DNA from: Chiloscyllium plagiosum
Taxonomy: Eukaryota
Reading direction: 5' to 3'
NCBI RefSeq assembly: GCF_004010195.1
Contig: NC_057749.1
Location: 12,149,650-12,213,649 of the forward strand
Length of the DNA stretch: 64,000 bases
How positions within the stretch are numbered: the stretch's first letter is position 1; each line of letters starts with the position of its first letter. A program made the translations under genes and the position numbers. Below, in pieces: positions 13,046 through 26,373 of the stretch. The notes beneath the pieces are model-generated. The model did not search any database and was not told where the DNA came from. It saw only the letters and a program-made list of their open reading frames with translations.

Positions 13046-13389
13046 ATATAAATCCTTCATTTTAACTGGCAACTTCAGAAGGTATTTTAAGCAAAATCCT
13101 GAATGATATTTAAGTGCTGCAAATTTAATTTAATTTCAATTTTTAAATTCATAGCAAGCATAGTTTTAGATAAAGTATTAGACTACAGATGGCTAACAAC
13201 AAGTTAGTGAAAAAGGCACAACAAATATTCAGCAGATTTATTTTAAAGCAAATACATTAGTATATTATTTCAGCAATTCAAATATTTCAGAAGTTTACTT
13301 TCTCTCAGGACATAAAAAATGGAGCATCACTTAAATTTCATAATTGATAAAGGAAATAATTTATTATTGCCAGTCTCTTTTCCTATTCT

Positions 13390-13509
13390 GGGAGAAAGTG
13401 AGGACTACAGATGCTGGAGAGTCAGAGTCCTGATGAAGGGCTTATGCCTGAAAGGTCGACTCTCCTGTTCCTTGGATGCAGCCTGATCTGCTGTGCTTTT
13501 CCAGCACCA
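13390..13509. mobile_element. PLE family B short element with internal inversion
   Basis: Terminus GAGAAAGTGAGGACT.CAGATGCTGGAG joined to an inverted segment; TSD CTCTTTTCCYATTCT (13375-13389 / 13510-13524, one mismatch). Confidence 0.82.
13424..13463 (+). ncRNA. Minimal type I hammerhead ribozyme motif (one substitution in the helix III palindrome)
   Basis: AGAGTC-CTGATGA-A-GGGC TTAT GCCT-GAAA-GGTC-GACTCT; 6-bp helix I, predicted cut after GUC at 13457. Confidence 0.6.
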
Positions 13510-13544
13510 CTCTTTTCCCATTCTCCCAAAGCAGCTATCCAAAT

Positions 13545-14270
13545 TATCTAGACATTGTGTCAAAGGTTATTTATCCAAATCCTCAAAACATGTCAATGAT
13601 ACCAAACTTGGAGAAGTGGCAATTGTGAAGATAATACAAATCAACTGCATCCAGACAAAGCTAGGGTAAAACAATGTGTAGACAAGGAACAGATAGCATT
13701 TAATACCTGGAAATGTGAGGTCATGCATCGTGTAAAGATGACATAAAGAGAAGCAATAGAGACTAAATGACAGAGTTTTATACAGTGTGCAGGGAAAGTG
13801 GGCCCTAGGGTGTAACTGGGATCTTTAAAGGTAGCATGAAATATTCAGCATGGTTCGTAAAGTACCTTGAGTTTCATAAAACGATTTATTTAGTTCAAAG
13901 GCAGGGAAATTACATTGAACTTTTGAGAGTCACTGATTAGGCTACATGTAGGATATTACATTTATCTCTCATCACCATAATATTAACAATGGATACTGGA
14001 GATGGAATTGTTCCAGAGATAGAGGAATATTATTTTAAAAATGTTAATTTGGAGAAACTCTGATTGCTTGGAACAAAGGAGGTCAAAGGAAGATTTTGTA
14101 AAATATGTCCAAGGTTATAGCAGGTTTGAATAAGATAGAGTCATAGAGATGTACAGCATGGAAACAAACCCTTTGGTCCAACCTGTTCATGTTGACCAGA
14201 TATGATAAAGAGAAAAGATAATTCAATTAATTGACTGGGTTTGGGACAACAGATTCAGGGAGATCTGAGA
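13545..14270 (+). mobile_element. Highly decayed CR1-clade RT, with a short minus-strand CR1 tail inserted at about 14137-14200
   Basis: Residual DTKLG, KCEVMH and LIRL motifs; its 3' end appears to resume after 17290. Confidence 0.6.
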
Positions 14271-14271
14271 A

Positions 14272-17200
14272 AGAGCTTCGGTCTTCACTTGAACCAGAGG
14301 GGTATTAATATTCTGGGTGGGAAATTTGCTGGTGCTATTCGGTTCGGTTTAAACTAGTTCAGCAGGGGAATGGGAACCTGAGGTATAGCTCCAGTGCACA
14401 GGAGGATGAGAATAGGGAGGGCATGGACAGGACTTCACGGTCACAGGAATGTGCTGGCAGACAGCAAGCTCGTTTGAAGTGTGTCTACTTCAATGCCAGA
14501 AGTATCCGAAATAAGGTAGGTGAGCTTGCAGCATAGAGAGATACCCAAGACTTCAATATTGTGGCCAGTTCGGAGACATGGATAGCACAGGGTCAGGAAA
14601 GGATGTTGCAGGTTCCAGGGTTTAGATCTTTCATTAAGGACAGGCAAGGCGGTAAAAGAGGGGGTGGTGTGGTCTTGTTAGTCAAGGATAGTATAATGGT
14701 GGCTGAAAGAGCTTTTGATGAGAACCCATTGACTGAGGTAGTATCGGCTGAGGTTAGAAACAGGAAAGGAGAAGTCACAATGCTGGGAGGTTTTTATAGG
14801 CCTCCGCAGAGTTCCAGGGAGGTGAAGGGGAGGATTGGCAAAATGATTCTGGGTAGGAGTGAAAGGAACAGGGTGGCCATAATGGGGGACTTTAACTTCC
14901 CCAACATCGACTGGAAATGCTATACCTCTAGTATGTTGGATGGATCAGTTTTTGTTCAATATGTGCAGGAGGGTTTTCTGACACAGAATATATAAGGGTC
15001 GACAAGAGGGGAGACAACACTGGACCTGGTGCTTGGTAATGTACCAGGCCAGGCGTTTGATTTAGTTGGAGGTGAGCACTTTGAAGAGAGTGATCATTAT
15101 TCAGTTATGTTTAGTTTAGCAATGGAAAGGGATAGGTACATGCCACAAGGCAAGAGCAATTATAATGCGATTAGGCAAAATTTATGATGTATAGAACGGG
15201 GTAGCAAAATGCAGGAAATGGGGACAATCGAAATGTGGAGCTGGTTTAAGGAACAGATATTGCATGTCCTTGATAGGAATGTCCCTGTCAGGCAGAAAGT
15301 GATAAGGTAAAGGAACTGTGGTTTACGACACAAATTGCATCTCTTGTTAAGCGGAAGGAGGCTTACATGACGATGAGACAAGATGGTTCAGATGAGGTGA
15401 TGGAGAGTTACAGATTAGCCAGGAAGGATTTAAAGGGAGAGTTAAGAGGAGCCTTAGAGAGAACACAAACAGTCTTTAGCAGGTAGAATAAAGGAGAACC
15501 CGAAAGCTTTCTATAGGTATATGAGGGGGAAAAAAGGACTACTAGGGTAGGAATAGGGCCAGTCAAAGACAGAAGTGGGGATTTGTATGGGAGATCAGAG
15601 AGGTGCTAAACAAATATTTCTCATCGGTTTTCACTGAGGAAAAGGATAATATTATAGAGGAGAAGAATGAGATACGAGATATGAGACTAGAAAGGATCGA
15701 GGTTAGTAAGGAAGAGGTGTTATCAATTCTAGAAGGAGTGAAAGTAGACAAGTCCCTTGGGCCTGAAGGGATTTATCAGAGGATCCTCTGGGAAACTAGG
15801 GAGGAGATGGCAGAGTATTTGACTTTGATATTTGAGTCGTCATTGTCTACAGATTTAGTATAGAGGACTGGAGGATTGCAAATGTTGTGCGCTTGAAGGG
15901 CAGTGAAGATGACCCAGGTAATTATAGACCAGTGAGCCTTACGTCTGTTGTAAGAAAAGTTTTGGAAAGGATTATAAGAGATATGATTTATAATCATCTA
16001 GCAAGCAATTTGATTTCAGATAGTCAACATGGTTTCATCAAGGGCAGATCATGTCTCACAAACCTCACAGATGAATTTTGAGAAGGTGACCAAGCATGTG
16101 GATGAGGGTACGGCAGTTGACGTGGTATACATAGACTTCAGTAAAGCCTTTGATAAGGTTCCACATGGTAGGTTGATGGAGAAAATTTGGAGGTAAGGGA
16201 TTGAGGGTGATTTAGCAGTATGGATTAGAAACTGGCTTTTTGAAAGAAGGCAGCGAGCGGTGGTTAATGGAAAATATTCAGCCTGGAGTCTGGTTACGAG
16301 TGGTATGCCACAAGGATCTGTTTTGGGACGATTTCTGTTTGTCATTTTTATAAATGACTTAGATGCAGACAAAGGTGGATGGATTAGTAAGTTTGCAGAT
16401 GACACTAAAGTGGGTGGAGTGGTGGACACTGTGGAAAAATGTTGCAGGTTGCAGGGGGGCTTGGATAAACCGCAGAATTGGGTTGAGAGGTGGCAAATGG
16501 AGTTCAATGCAGCTAAATGTGAGGTGATTCACTTTGGGAAGAATAACACGAAGGCAGACTACTGGGTCAATGGAAAGATTCTTGGTAGTATAAATGTGCA
16601 GAGGGATCTTCGAGTCCATGTACATAGATCCCTGAAAGTTGCCACCCAGGTTGATTGTGCTGTTAAAGAGGCGTACAGTGTATTTGGTTTTATTGGGAGA
16701 GGGATTGAATTCCAGAGCCGTAATGTCATGCTGCAACTATACAAAATGCTGGTGCGGCCTCACTTGGAATATTGTGTGCAGTTCTGGTCGCCCCATTACA
16801 GGAAGGATGTGGAAGCATCAGAAAAAGTGCAGAGGAGATTTACCAGGATGTTGCCTGCTCTGGAGGGAAGGTCTTATGAGGAAAGGTTGAGAGACTTGGA
16901 TCTGTTCTCATTGGAAAGAAGAAGGCTAAGAGGGAATTTGATAGAGACATACAAGATGATCAGAAGATTAGATAGGGTACACACAAAGTCTTTTTCCAAG
17001 GATGACAATGTCAGCTTGTTCAAGGAAGCTTAAATACAAATTGAGGGGTGATACATTTAAGACAGATGTCAGAGGCAGGTTCTTTACTCAGAGGGTGGTA
17101 AGGGCGTGGAATGCCCAGTCTGCCAATGTAGTTAACTCAGCCACGTTAGGGAGATTAAAACAATCCTTGGATAAGCACATGGATGATGATGGGATAGTGT

Positions 17201-17290
17201 AGGGGGATGAACTTAGATGAATTCACAGATTGGTGCAACATCGAGGGCCGAAGGGCCTGTTATGCACTATATTGTTCTGTGTTCTATATT
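14272..17290 (+). mobile_element. Near-complete CR1 ORF2 (APE endonuclease and RT) with ORF1 end and (tgttcta) tail; disrupted
   Basis: LHLNQRG..LN* ORF1 end; [66 protein letters not shown]; several stops and frameshifts. Confidence 0.95.
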
Positions 17291-17354
17291 GTGTGGTAAT
17301 GACTTGGAACGAACTGTCCACAAGGGTGATAGAAGCAGAGACAAATCAATGATT

Positions 17355-17729
17355 GAAGAATCTCTACTGTGTGGAAGCAAATCATTTGGCCTATCAAATC
17401 CACACTGACCCTCCGAATAGCATCCCATCTGACCCAATCCCTAACCCACTCCTGTAAAGCTGCATTTCCCATTGCTAATCCCTGGACACTACGGGCAATT
17501 TAGCATGGCCCTCTGCTAATCCCTGTACACTACGGGCAACTAGTATTAACCTGCACCTTTGGTGGTGCACCAACCTTTGGGCTGTGGTGAGAAACCGGTG
17601 TATGTGGAGGAAAGCCACACAAACACTGGGAGAATGTCTGTATGGAGTTTGTACAGTTGCCCAAGGGTGGAATTGAACCTGGGTCTCTGGAGCTGTGAGG
17701 CAGCAGTGCTAACCATTGAGCCATCGAGC
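17355..17729 (-). mobile_element. HE1-like SINE with internal duplications
   Basis: Reverse-complement SINE; GCTAATCCCTG.ACACTACGGGCAA occurs twice (17474 and 17515). Confidence 0.85.
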
Positions 17730-17861
17730 CGCACTGATTTCAAAAGGAAATTAGATGGACACTTAAAGGACTGCGGGCCTGTGTAGCACGGCCAAAAGGT
17801 CCAAGGCACTGAACCCAAGTTCCAGGCACTATAGATGCCACCGCTGCCAGTTTTGATTTGA

Positions 17862-18165
17862 AGGGGAGGTGATGGCCTAAGTGGTATTATCACTGGACTA
17901 TTAATCCAGAGAACCAGGTAATGTCGTTGAGATCCGGCAAATTGTGGAATCTGACTTCAAGAAAAGTCTGGAATTAAGAGCCTAATTAAGTCGATTGTCA
18001 GGAAAAACCTATCTAATTCACTAATATCCTTTAAGGAAAGAAGCTGACAACCTTACTTCATCTGGCCTACATGTGACTCCAGACCAATAGCATTGTGGTT
18101 CACTCTTACCTGTCCTCTGGGCAATTAGTGATGGGCAATAAATTAATCCCATGAATGAATATTTT
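17862..18165 (+). mobile_element. Second tRNA-derived SINE family, ending CCCATGAATGAAT
   Basis: A-box-like TGGCCTAAGTGG head; a homologous inverted copy lies at about 25390-25770. Confidence 0.65.
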
Positions 18166-19168
18166 AAAAAATTAATTTGCAATCTACGGGAACAGATCCA
18201 GAGCACGAGGCTGACTGGATTTAGTTCATGGATAGTCAGCAGAGATATAATGAGCTGAATGGCCACTTTTATACAGTATATGACTCTGCAGCTCTTGTCA
18301 AACTTTTAAAATTCTTCTAGCTGTCTCTCTCTCTCCAACCACACACCATCCAGATCCGGAACCCTCTATTCCCTTCAAGCCTCTCAAATGTGCCAATGTT
18401 CTCCGCTTCCTGTTGCGGCAAGTTATACATTTCTTAACATGCCAAAAACAACTTATACATTTATGACTAGCTTATACTTATAAACTTTGCTCTTAGTTTA
18501 ACCACAAGTAATGTTTTCTCCATTTCCACTCCAACATATCTTTTTACAATTTAGGTCTCCCCATAGTCTTCCCCTCTCATTCAAAATATTCCTCAGGTTG
18601 CAAAATTTTCCTGATAGTGAAACCATCTCAAGGGTAATGTGATTCAAGTGATTCATTAACCTTTTCATCAAATGTAGAGCAGAACCGTACAGTGGTCTAC
18701 GCTGACTTAATCTAAGTGTTTTATACATTTAGCACTATCTACCTGATCTGGTATCTTATTCTTCTGGAAGTGATCCTATTCATCTTCTGTTTGCCTTATC
18801 AACTTGCATCTGATGTCCGTATCTGCATTTCCATATTTTTTCTTTGACTGCATTTAATTTCTTATCTTTCAAGGAATAAATAACCTCTATACTCCTACTT
18901 TCAAAATGATTTGCTTTACCATTTGTTATTTTGAATTTCATTTGCCACATATCAACACATTCTTAAAGTATGTTTTTATTTTCTGTATTTTGGTGTAGCC
19001 CGAGACATTGTTAACCATCTCCTCTAAGTTGGTACCAATGGTTATTTTGTTACCTGTACAGCTAATTTGGGTTCAACTCATTTGCATGTATGATAAGCAG
19101 CAATGCTCTCAACACCTTGTCATTTCCCAACATTTTGTAAAATCACCATCACTTCATGTGAATTGCTA

Positions 19169-19462
<294 letters not shown>

Positions 19463-20249
19463 CTAGAAAATACCCAGAATCAGCAACTTGATTACAATGC
19501 AATGTATAGAAAGTAAAAATGCAAATCTGAAATTCACAAAACAACATAAATAAGGAATTAGCACATAAAATGAAATAGTTTAAAAATGTAATATTTTCCT
19601 TCAGAATGAACATAAAATATTCACTATTACTCATGTATACAAATATTTTAAAACCACAGTTTTGATATGATGGCTAAAAGTGTTGGTAAATGTCAGACCA
19701 TGAACAACTTAAATGTGATATCAAGTGAAGTGAATAGAGAAAGAAAAAGGACATATCCTGTATATAACACAACACCTATATTCAAACATCTCTTTTTGCA
19801 CCCAGACATTTCAGAAAATAGAAGATAAATGTAACTATGAGCGTTTTTAAATAGTGAAGTGAAAATTAATCCGTATATCACTCAAAGAAAAAGTCTTGCA
19901 TTAAACTTGTGTACATTTTTAATCAAGTCCTTTGCCTTTTGAGTTTCAATGAAAAAGACATTCTCAGTACTCTGGTCTTTACCACTGAAACAACACATCC
20001 AACCTCTGCAACCTAATTCTATGGTAAAAATGTTAGTTAGATCACTGTGATAGGAAGTGTAAAGTCTTAACTTTAAGCAAAATTACACCTGCACAAAAAC
20101 ACAGAAAAACATTTTGAAGGCAATTTGTGACAAAAACATTGGATCAGCAGCTTTTAAAGGCAGTTTTGTCCGCGAGTTGCTAAATATATTTTATACAATC
20201 ATGTTTTATATGACAAACTATGAAAGATTAACCAGGGGTTACATCAAAA

Positions 20250-23200
20250 AAGTAATTAAAAGAAGAGGTAAATTATGAAAGAAAACTCATGCAAGATATA
20301 AGAATGGACAGCAAAAGCTTCTTTAAATATATAAAAAGGAAGAGAAAGTGAATTGGTCCATTGAAGGATGAGACTACCCCATTATTAATGGGGTACACAG
20401 TGGGATTAGAGAAACAGTGGAGACACAATCAATATTTTGCCTCAGTTTTCACACTGGAGGACACTCGTACTACACCAATAGTAATAGGTCATTCAGAGGC
20501 TATAGAAAGGGAAGAATTTGGAATAATCTTCACTGGGAGAAAAAGTACTGAGCGAACTATCGAGACTGAAAGCAGACCGTTCCCAGGATCCAATAACCTA
20601 TATCGTAGAATCTTGAAGGAAGTGGTAGCAGGGGAAAATGAATCCATGGCTATTATAATCCAAAATTCACTGGAGGCAGGAAAGGTTCCAGTGATTTAAA
20701 AAAATGCTAATAATATGTCCTTACTCAAAAAGGGAGGGAGGCAGAGAGGAGGGAACTATAGACCAGCAAGTTTATCATCTAACCTTGGGAAATTGTTAGA
20801 ATCCATTATAAAGCAAATAATAGCAGGACATTTGCAAAGACAAAATACAATCAGAGTCACATTCTTTCATGAAAGGTAAATCATGTTTGACTAATTTGCT
20901 AGAGGTCTTTGAAGATATGACTGGAGGGTGGCTAACATGGTGTCACTATTTGAGAAAGGTGGTAAGGAAAAGCCAAGGAACTATGGACTGGTGAGCCTGA
21001 CATCAGTGGTGGGCAAGCTGTTGGAGGGAATCCTGAAGGACAGGATTGACATGCATTTGGAAAGGCAAGGATTGATTAGGAATAGTCAATATGGCTTTGT
21101 GCATGGGAATTCATGTCTCACTAAGTTGACTGAGTTTTTTGAAGAAGTAACCAAGAGGATTGATGAGGATAGAGCTGTGGACATGATTGAAATGGACTTC
21201 AGTAAGGTATTCAACAAGGTTCCTCAGGGTAGACTGGTTAGCAAGGTTAGATCACATGCAACACAGGGAGAACTAGCCATCTGGATACAGAACTGGCTCA
21301 AAGGTAGAGGTCAGATGGTGGTGGTGGAGGGTTGCTTTTCACACTGGAGGCCTGTGTCCAGTGGTGTGCCACAAGGATCGATGCTGGGTCCACTGCTTTT
21401 TGTCGTTTACATAAATGATTCGGATGTGAACATAGGAGGTATACTTAGTAAGTCTGCAGGTGACACCAAAATTGGAGGTGTAGTGGACAGCGAAGAAGGT
21501 TACCTCAGAGCAGAAAGGGATCTTGATCTGATAGGGCCAATGGGCTGAGCAGTGGCAGATGGAGTTTAATTTAGATAAATGTGAGGTTCTGCATTTTGAG
21601 AAAGCAAATCAGGACAGAATTTATACACTTAATGGTAAGGTCCTGGGGAGTGTTGCTGAACCAAGAGACCTTGGAGTATAGATTCATTGTTCCTTGAAAG
21701 TGGAGTCACTGGTCGATAGGGTAGTGAAGGCAGCCTTTGGTATGCTTTCCTTTACTGATCAGTGCATTGAGCATAGGATTTGGGAGGTCATATTGCAGCT
21801 GTACAGAACAACGGGTTAGGTCACACTGCACCTGCTCTGGGCAGTGGCCCACACTGCGCCTCCGTGTTAGTCTGCCAGCCAGCTGAGGGACTGGGGAAGG
21901 GGAACATACTTTGCAAAATTTCTTCCCATCATGTTCTTCCTCTTTGGGAAGTGATTTAATTGAAACCTACAAATTACTTAAAAGGATAGACATGACAGCT
22001 ATAGGAAAGAAGTTTCCTATTTGGTGAATCTAGTATAAAGTGGGTACGTGATTTAGGACCAAGAAAAATTTGTTCACTCAGAGGAAGCTCAGGTTATTTG
22101 AAGTAGATAGGTTTCTGATTACCAATGATGTCAAGTTCATATATAAACTTACTTAAGTTGCCCAGTCACTTCGGTCTGTCCTCAAGACCCACTGAGGGAA
22201 CCAACACATTGACAGCATTTTTCCACAATGTTAACAAGTTACAAATTGGACACAGTAAAAGATTGGCTGCTTTGAGTTTAGGTCCTTTGGATATCAATAT
22301 CTCTGCACATGTTCAGAATTTTCCATTCTATTTTGTAAGTACACATGTAAACCACTATACTGCAGATTATGCAATATTTTTACATTGCTTCAAAATACAT
22401 GAATAGGAGAGGTTTAGAGGAATTGAGCCAAATGCAGACAAATAGATCTTGTTTAGTCTGGAAAACCTGCTCGGCAAGGACTGAGGGTTCTGTTTCCATA
22501 CTCTATGACTTTAATTAGCAAGGCTCGGACACATGGGATCCAAGGAGCTAGCCATTTGGATACAAAACTGGCTTAAAGATGGCAGAGGATGGTTGTGAAG
22601 GGTTCTTTATTGGATTGAAGGCCTCAGTGTGCCACGTGGATCAGTGGTGGGTCCACTACTTTTTATCGTTTATATATATTATTTGGATGGGAATATAGCA
22701 GGAATAGTTAGTAAATTTGAAATTATTTGCCAAAATTGATGGTGCAAGTGGACAGTGAATGTGGTCAGCTCAAAGTACATTGGACCTTCATCAGATGAGT
22801 TGATGCACCAAGGACTGGCCAATGGAGTTTAATTTAGATAAATGAGTGCTGCAGTTGGGTAAGGCAAATCAGGGCAGGTCTTATACACTTCGGTAGGGCC
22901 CTGCTCAGGTGTATTTCCAAGCAAAGAGACCTTGGGGATGCAGGTTCACAGTTCCTTGAAGATGGACGCACAAGTCAACAGGGTAGCGAAGGTGGCATTT
23001 GGTATGTTAGCCTTTGTTGGTCAGCGCATTGATTATAGGAGTTGGGATTTCAGGTTGAGGCTTTACAGGACCTTTTAAATACTGTATTTAATTCTGGTCT
23101 CCATGTTATAGGAAAGATGTTGTTAAACTTGAAAAGATTTACAAGGATGTTGCCAGGGTTAGAGGGTTTAAATTATAGGGAGAGATTGAATAGGCTGGGG

Positions 23201-23535
23201 CTACTTCTCCTGAAGCATTGGAGATTGAGAGGTGATGTAATAGAGGTTTATAGAATTATGAAGGGCATGGATAGAGTGAATAGCCAAGGTGAGAGGGGAA
23301 AGATTTAAAAGGGTCTTGAAGAGCAACTTTTTCACGCAGAGGGTGGTGTGTGCATTGAATGAGCTGCCAGAAGAAGTGATGGAGTCTGTTAGAATCACAA
23401 CATTTAAAAGGCATATGTATGGGTACATGAATAGGTAGGGTTTAGAGGGAAATGGGCCAAATGTTGGCAAATGGAACTTGGACGAATTGGACAGAAGGAT
23501 GTATTTCCAAGCTGTTCAACTCTGTGACTCCATGA
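20250..23535 (+). mobile_element. Tandem or nested cluster of three or four degenerate CR1 pieces
   Basis: 206-aa RT ORF at 20928-21548 (GVPQGSMLGPLLF, GDTKIGG); second RT and 3' UTR at 22515-23535, ending about 40 bp from the exon donor. Confidence 0.88.
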
Positions 23536-23574
23536 CCTGTAGGAATGTTGTGTTCCAACTGGGAAACAGATTAC

Positions 23575-23745
23575 CTTGAGCAAATTCATCCTGTCTCTGC
23601 TCAGATGTTTTCATTTGATCGGACAGTTCTTGGTCTTGCTGCCTGTAGAAGCTTCCTTCATTGAACACACAAGGTAGATTCCCAGTATGAACTTGTCGAA
23701 GTTGTTCGAAGTCATTCAGTGCTGCACTTAGATCCCAGTTTTTAC
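23575..23745 (-). CDS. OTUD7A: OTUD7A second coding exon (171 nt)
   Basis: Encodes (G)[30 protein letters not shown]...QRQDEFAQ(E). Acceptor tctttgtAG (23747-23746), donor G|GTAAT (23574-23573). Phase 1-1 keeps the frame with both neighbouring exons. Confidence 0.95.
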
Positions 23746-24144
23746 CTACAAAGATAAAATTGTACATTGTTGCTTATTATCCAAATATAACTGATACGTT
23801 ATCTAAAGAGAAAAAAAAAAATCAGCTGACTTCCCTCCATGACCTTTATTTAGGCATCAAACTCTTTATGGATGAAATAAGTTACTTGGAAACAAATCAA
23901 TATAGGAATACTTGCTCATTGCATTTCTAAAAGGTCTACTTACAAAAAAAATTGGATACACACTTGTTATATCATCACTGAGCAATAGAAGTCTAAAATT
24001 TCTAACTCATTTTTAGATGTGATGATGCAACTGCTCATCAAATAATTAACAAAGTAATAATAATCAATCAATATCACTATTGGACAATGGTTAACTGAGT
24101 TCTGCGCAGTACTGTACAGAATATTTGACATTCAGTGCTTCCAC

Positions 24145-24790
24145 ATATGGCCTTGGTTCAGTGGTAGCACTCTTATGGATTCATGTTCCACTCCATAGAT
24201 TTGGGCAAAGTTTGGGCTGACATTTCAGTGCAGTGTGAAGGAGGTTTGCCTTTTGTTTCAAATTATTACAACAAAGGACAAGGCTATCATATTGGTTAAA
24301 AGCACTTTGAAAGCCGCTCATTTAGTCCCATACCCATTCTCTTTCACCAAAACCCTACAAGGATTTCCTTTTCAAGTCTATTTCCAATTTCCTTTTGAAA
24401 ATTACTCTTAAATCTGCTCTCATGACTTTTCAGGCAGCACATTCTGGATCGTGTCGACTCACAACACTAAATAACTTCTCTGTAATCCTTTGGGGTTTTT
24501 TTTGCCAATTAACTTCAACCCATAGTCTTTGGGATGGTGGGCAAAATGCTCTCTGTCCTCTCAGATGGACTTTAAAGGTCTCATGCTATTTTAAAAAAAA
24601 AACCCAGAAGAATTCTCTTGCTGTATAGCCAATATTTATTCCTCAAATGAGTACCAATATTAATTCAGTAATTGATGCCATTGCAGTTTGAAGGAATGTT
24701 GCTATGAATAAAATTATAACAGTGACTCTACTTCAGAAGAGTTATTTAGTTATGAAACATGAGATACCCCAATGTTTTAAATACATTGAG
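24145..24790 (+). mobile_element. Old Deu-domain SINE (SacSINE1/AmnSINE1-like), interrupted
   Basis: tRNA-like head GGTTCAGTGGTAGCACTCT; Deu-like core CTCTCAGATGGAC..AAAGGTCTCATG...GCCAATATTTATTCCTCAA. Recognised from memory of the consensus. Confidence 0.6.
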
Positions 24791-25458
24791 CAGTGCTCCT
24801 GAATATAGAGACAATGCATTGGATTGCATTTCAGATTGAGAGTAATGTAGGCTGGTGAACCTTCTATTCCCCTTTGCTGTAAGCCTTTGACACAGTTACT
24901 AGTAGCAAAAAGTAGAGAAGCAGGAACATGAGTAAGCCATACACCCAATTGAGCCTATTCTGCCATTCAATTAGACCACGGCTGATGTGCACTCCTAGTT
25001 ACATTTATATTTCAGCATCAGATTTGTGAAAGACAGCAGAGCTTCCTTCAGATAATTTAAAATATTAATCAGTTCTTACTAACCAGAATAATTGTTTACT
25101 AAACTAATTTCTATTAAGTACATTAAAAATTTTGAAACTGATATTTAACATAAGCAGCAAATTCACTGACTAGAATGAATGCATATATTTACATAAGACA
25201 TCAACCTCATGTCAATGATCATTTTAATTTGATTTAATATCAAAATTTACTATAATTGTGAGGTACTTGAAGCACATTCCAATAAAAAGTTGGCATTACA
25301 ATAACAGCATACTGCTCAGCAGAGCACGTCTACATCATTCTGTATGCAGATATGTTAACTCATAATACTTGATTATTTAGGGATTTGAGAGGAGAGTTAA
25401 GAGTCAACTGTATTGCCATGGATCTGGAGTTACATATAAGCCACACAAAGTATGAATG

Positions 25459-25579
25459 GGGAGAAAGTGAGGACTGCAGATGCTCCAGATCCTGAAGAAG
25501 GGCTTATGGCCGAAACGTCAATTCTCCTGTTCCCTGGATGCTGCCTGACCTGCTGCGCTTTTCCAGCAACACATTTTCA
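25459..25579. mobile_element. PLE family B short element with internal inversion, inserted in a minus-strand SINE (about 25390-25770)
   Basis: Perfect 16-bp TSD ACACAAAGTATGAATG (25443-25458 / 25580-25595); hammerhead core CTGAAGA..GAAACGTC at 25492-25519. Confidence 0.88.
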
Positions 25580-26373
25580 ACACAAAGTATGAATGACAGA
25601 TTTCTTTTCCTAAAGGACACTAGTGATGAATGATGATTTTTTACAACAATCTAGAATTTGCATGTCACCTTAACTGAAACTAGCTTCACTTATTCCATAT
25701 ATATTTATTTAATTGAATTTAAGTGCCTGAACTGCTGTGGTGGGAATAATGCTTGTCTCCAGGTCATTAATTCAATTCAGTTTTTTTTTTAAAAGTGTAA
25801 ATTAAAGCAATAAAAACAGAATGACATCAACCATCATTAAAAGGGAACAATCAAATCTTCCTATCCTGAAACAAATTGTATCAGAATTAGAAGAAAGATT
25901 GATAATGAATATAGTTATTATAGGTTCTTCAGATTAATATCCCTGAATCACCTTTGTAATCAAACGGTTTATGTCAAAGAGAAAAACTTGTTATTATTCA
26001 TTAAAAAGCAATCAGCTTTATAATTTCGGTTTCTGCAGCAAATGCTTCTGCTGTGGCCTTACTTAAAGTTTAGCTTAATTTTGGAGAAATTAAAGGCTTG
26101 ACTGTTTTATCCTCCAGAACTAGAATTCTGACTCCAAACTACCTAGTGTGAACACCCAATCCTTTCCATAAGTTAAGCAACTGATCATTTTCTATTAAGT
26201 ATCTATGTCTGCATTAGTTCCTATGTTTATCCCTTCTAAACATAGCAGAGATATTGCATGAAATCAAATTGAAATAGTGGACAAAGTGATACTCTATTTA
26301 AAAGTATCCCAAGCAACCTTTATGTCATTTGGAGTTAAAGGCCAAGTATAAAATCAATTACAAAACAAAAGGA

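Noticed and set aside
14272..17290. Intact, active LINE ORF2
   Set aside because: Multiple stops and frameshifts; the longest open stretch is 257 aa.
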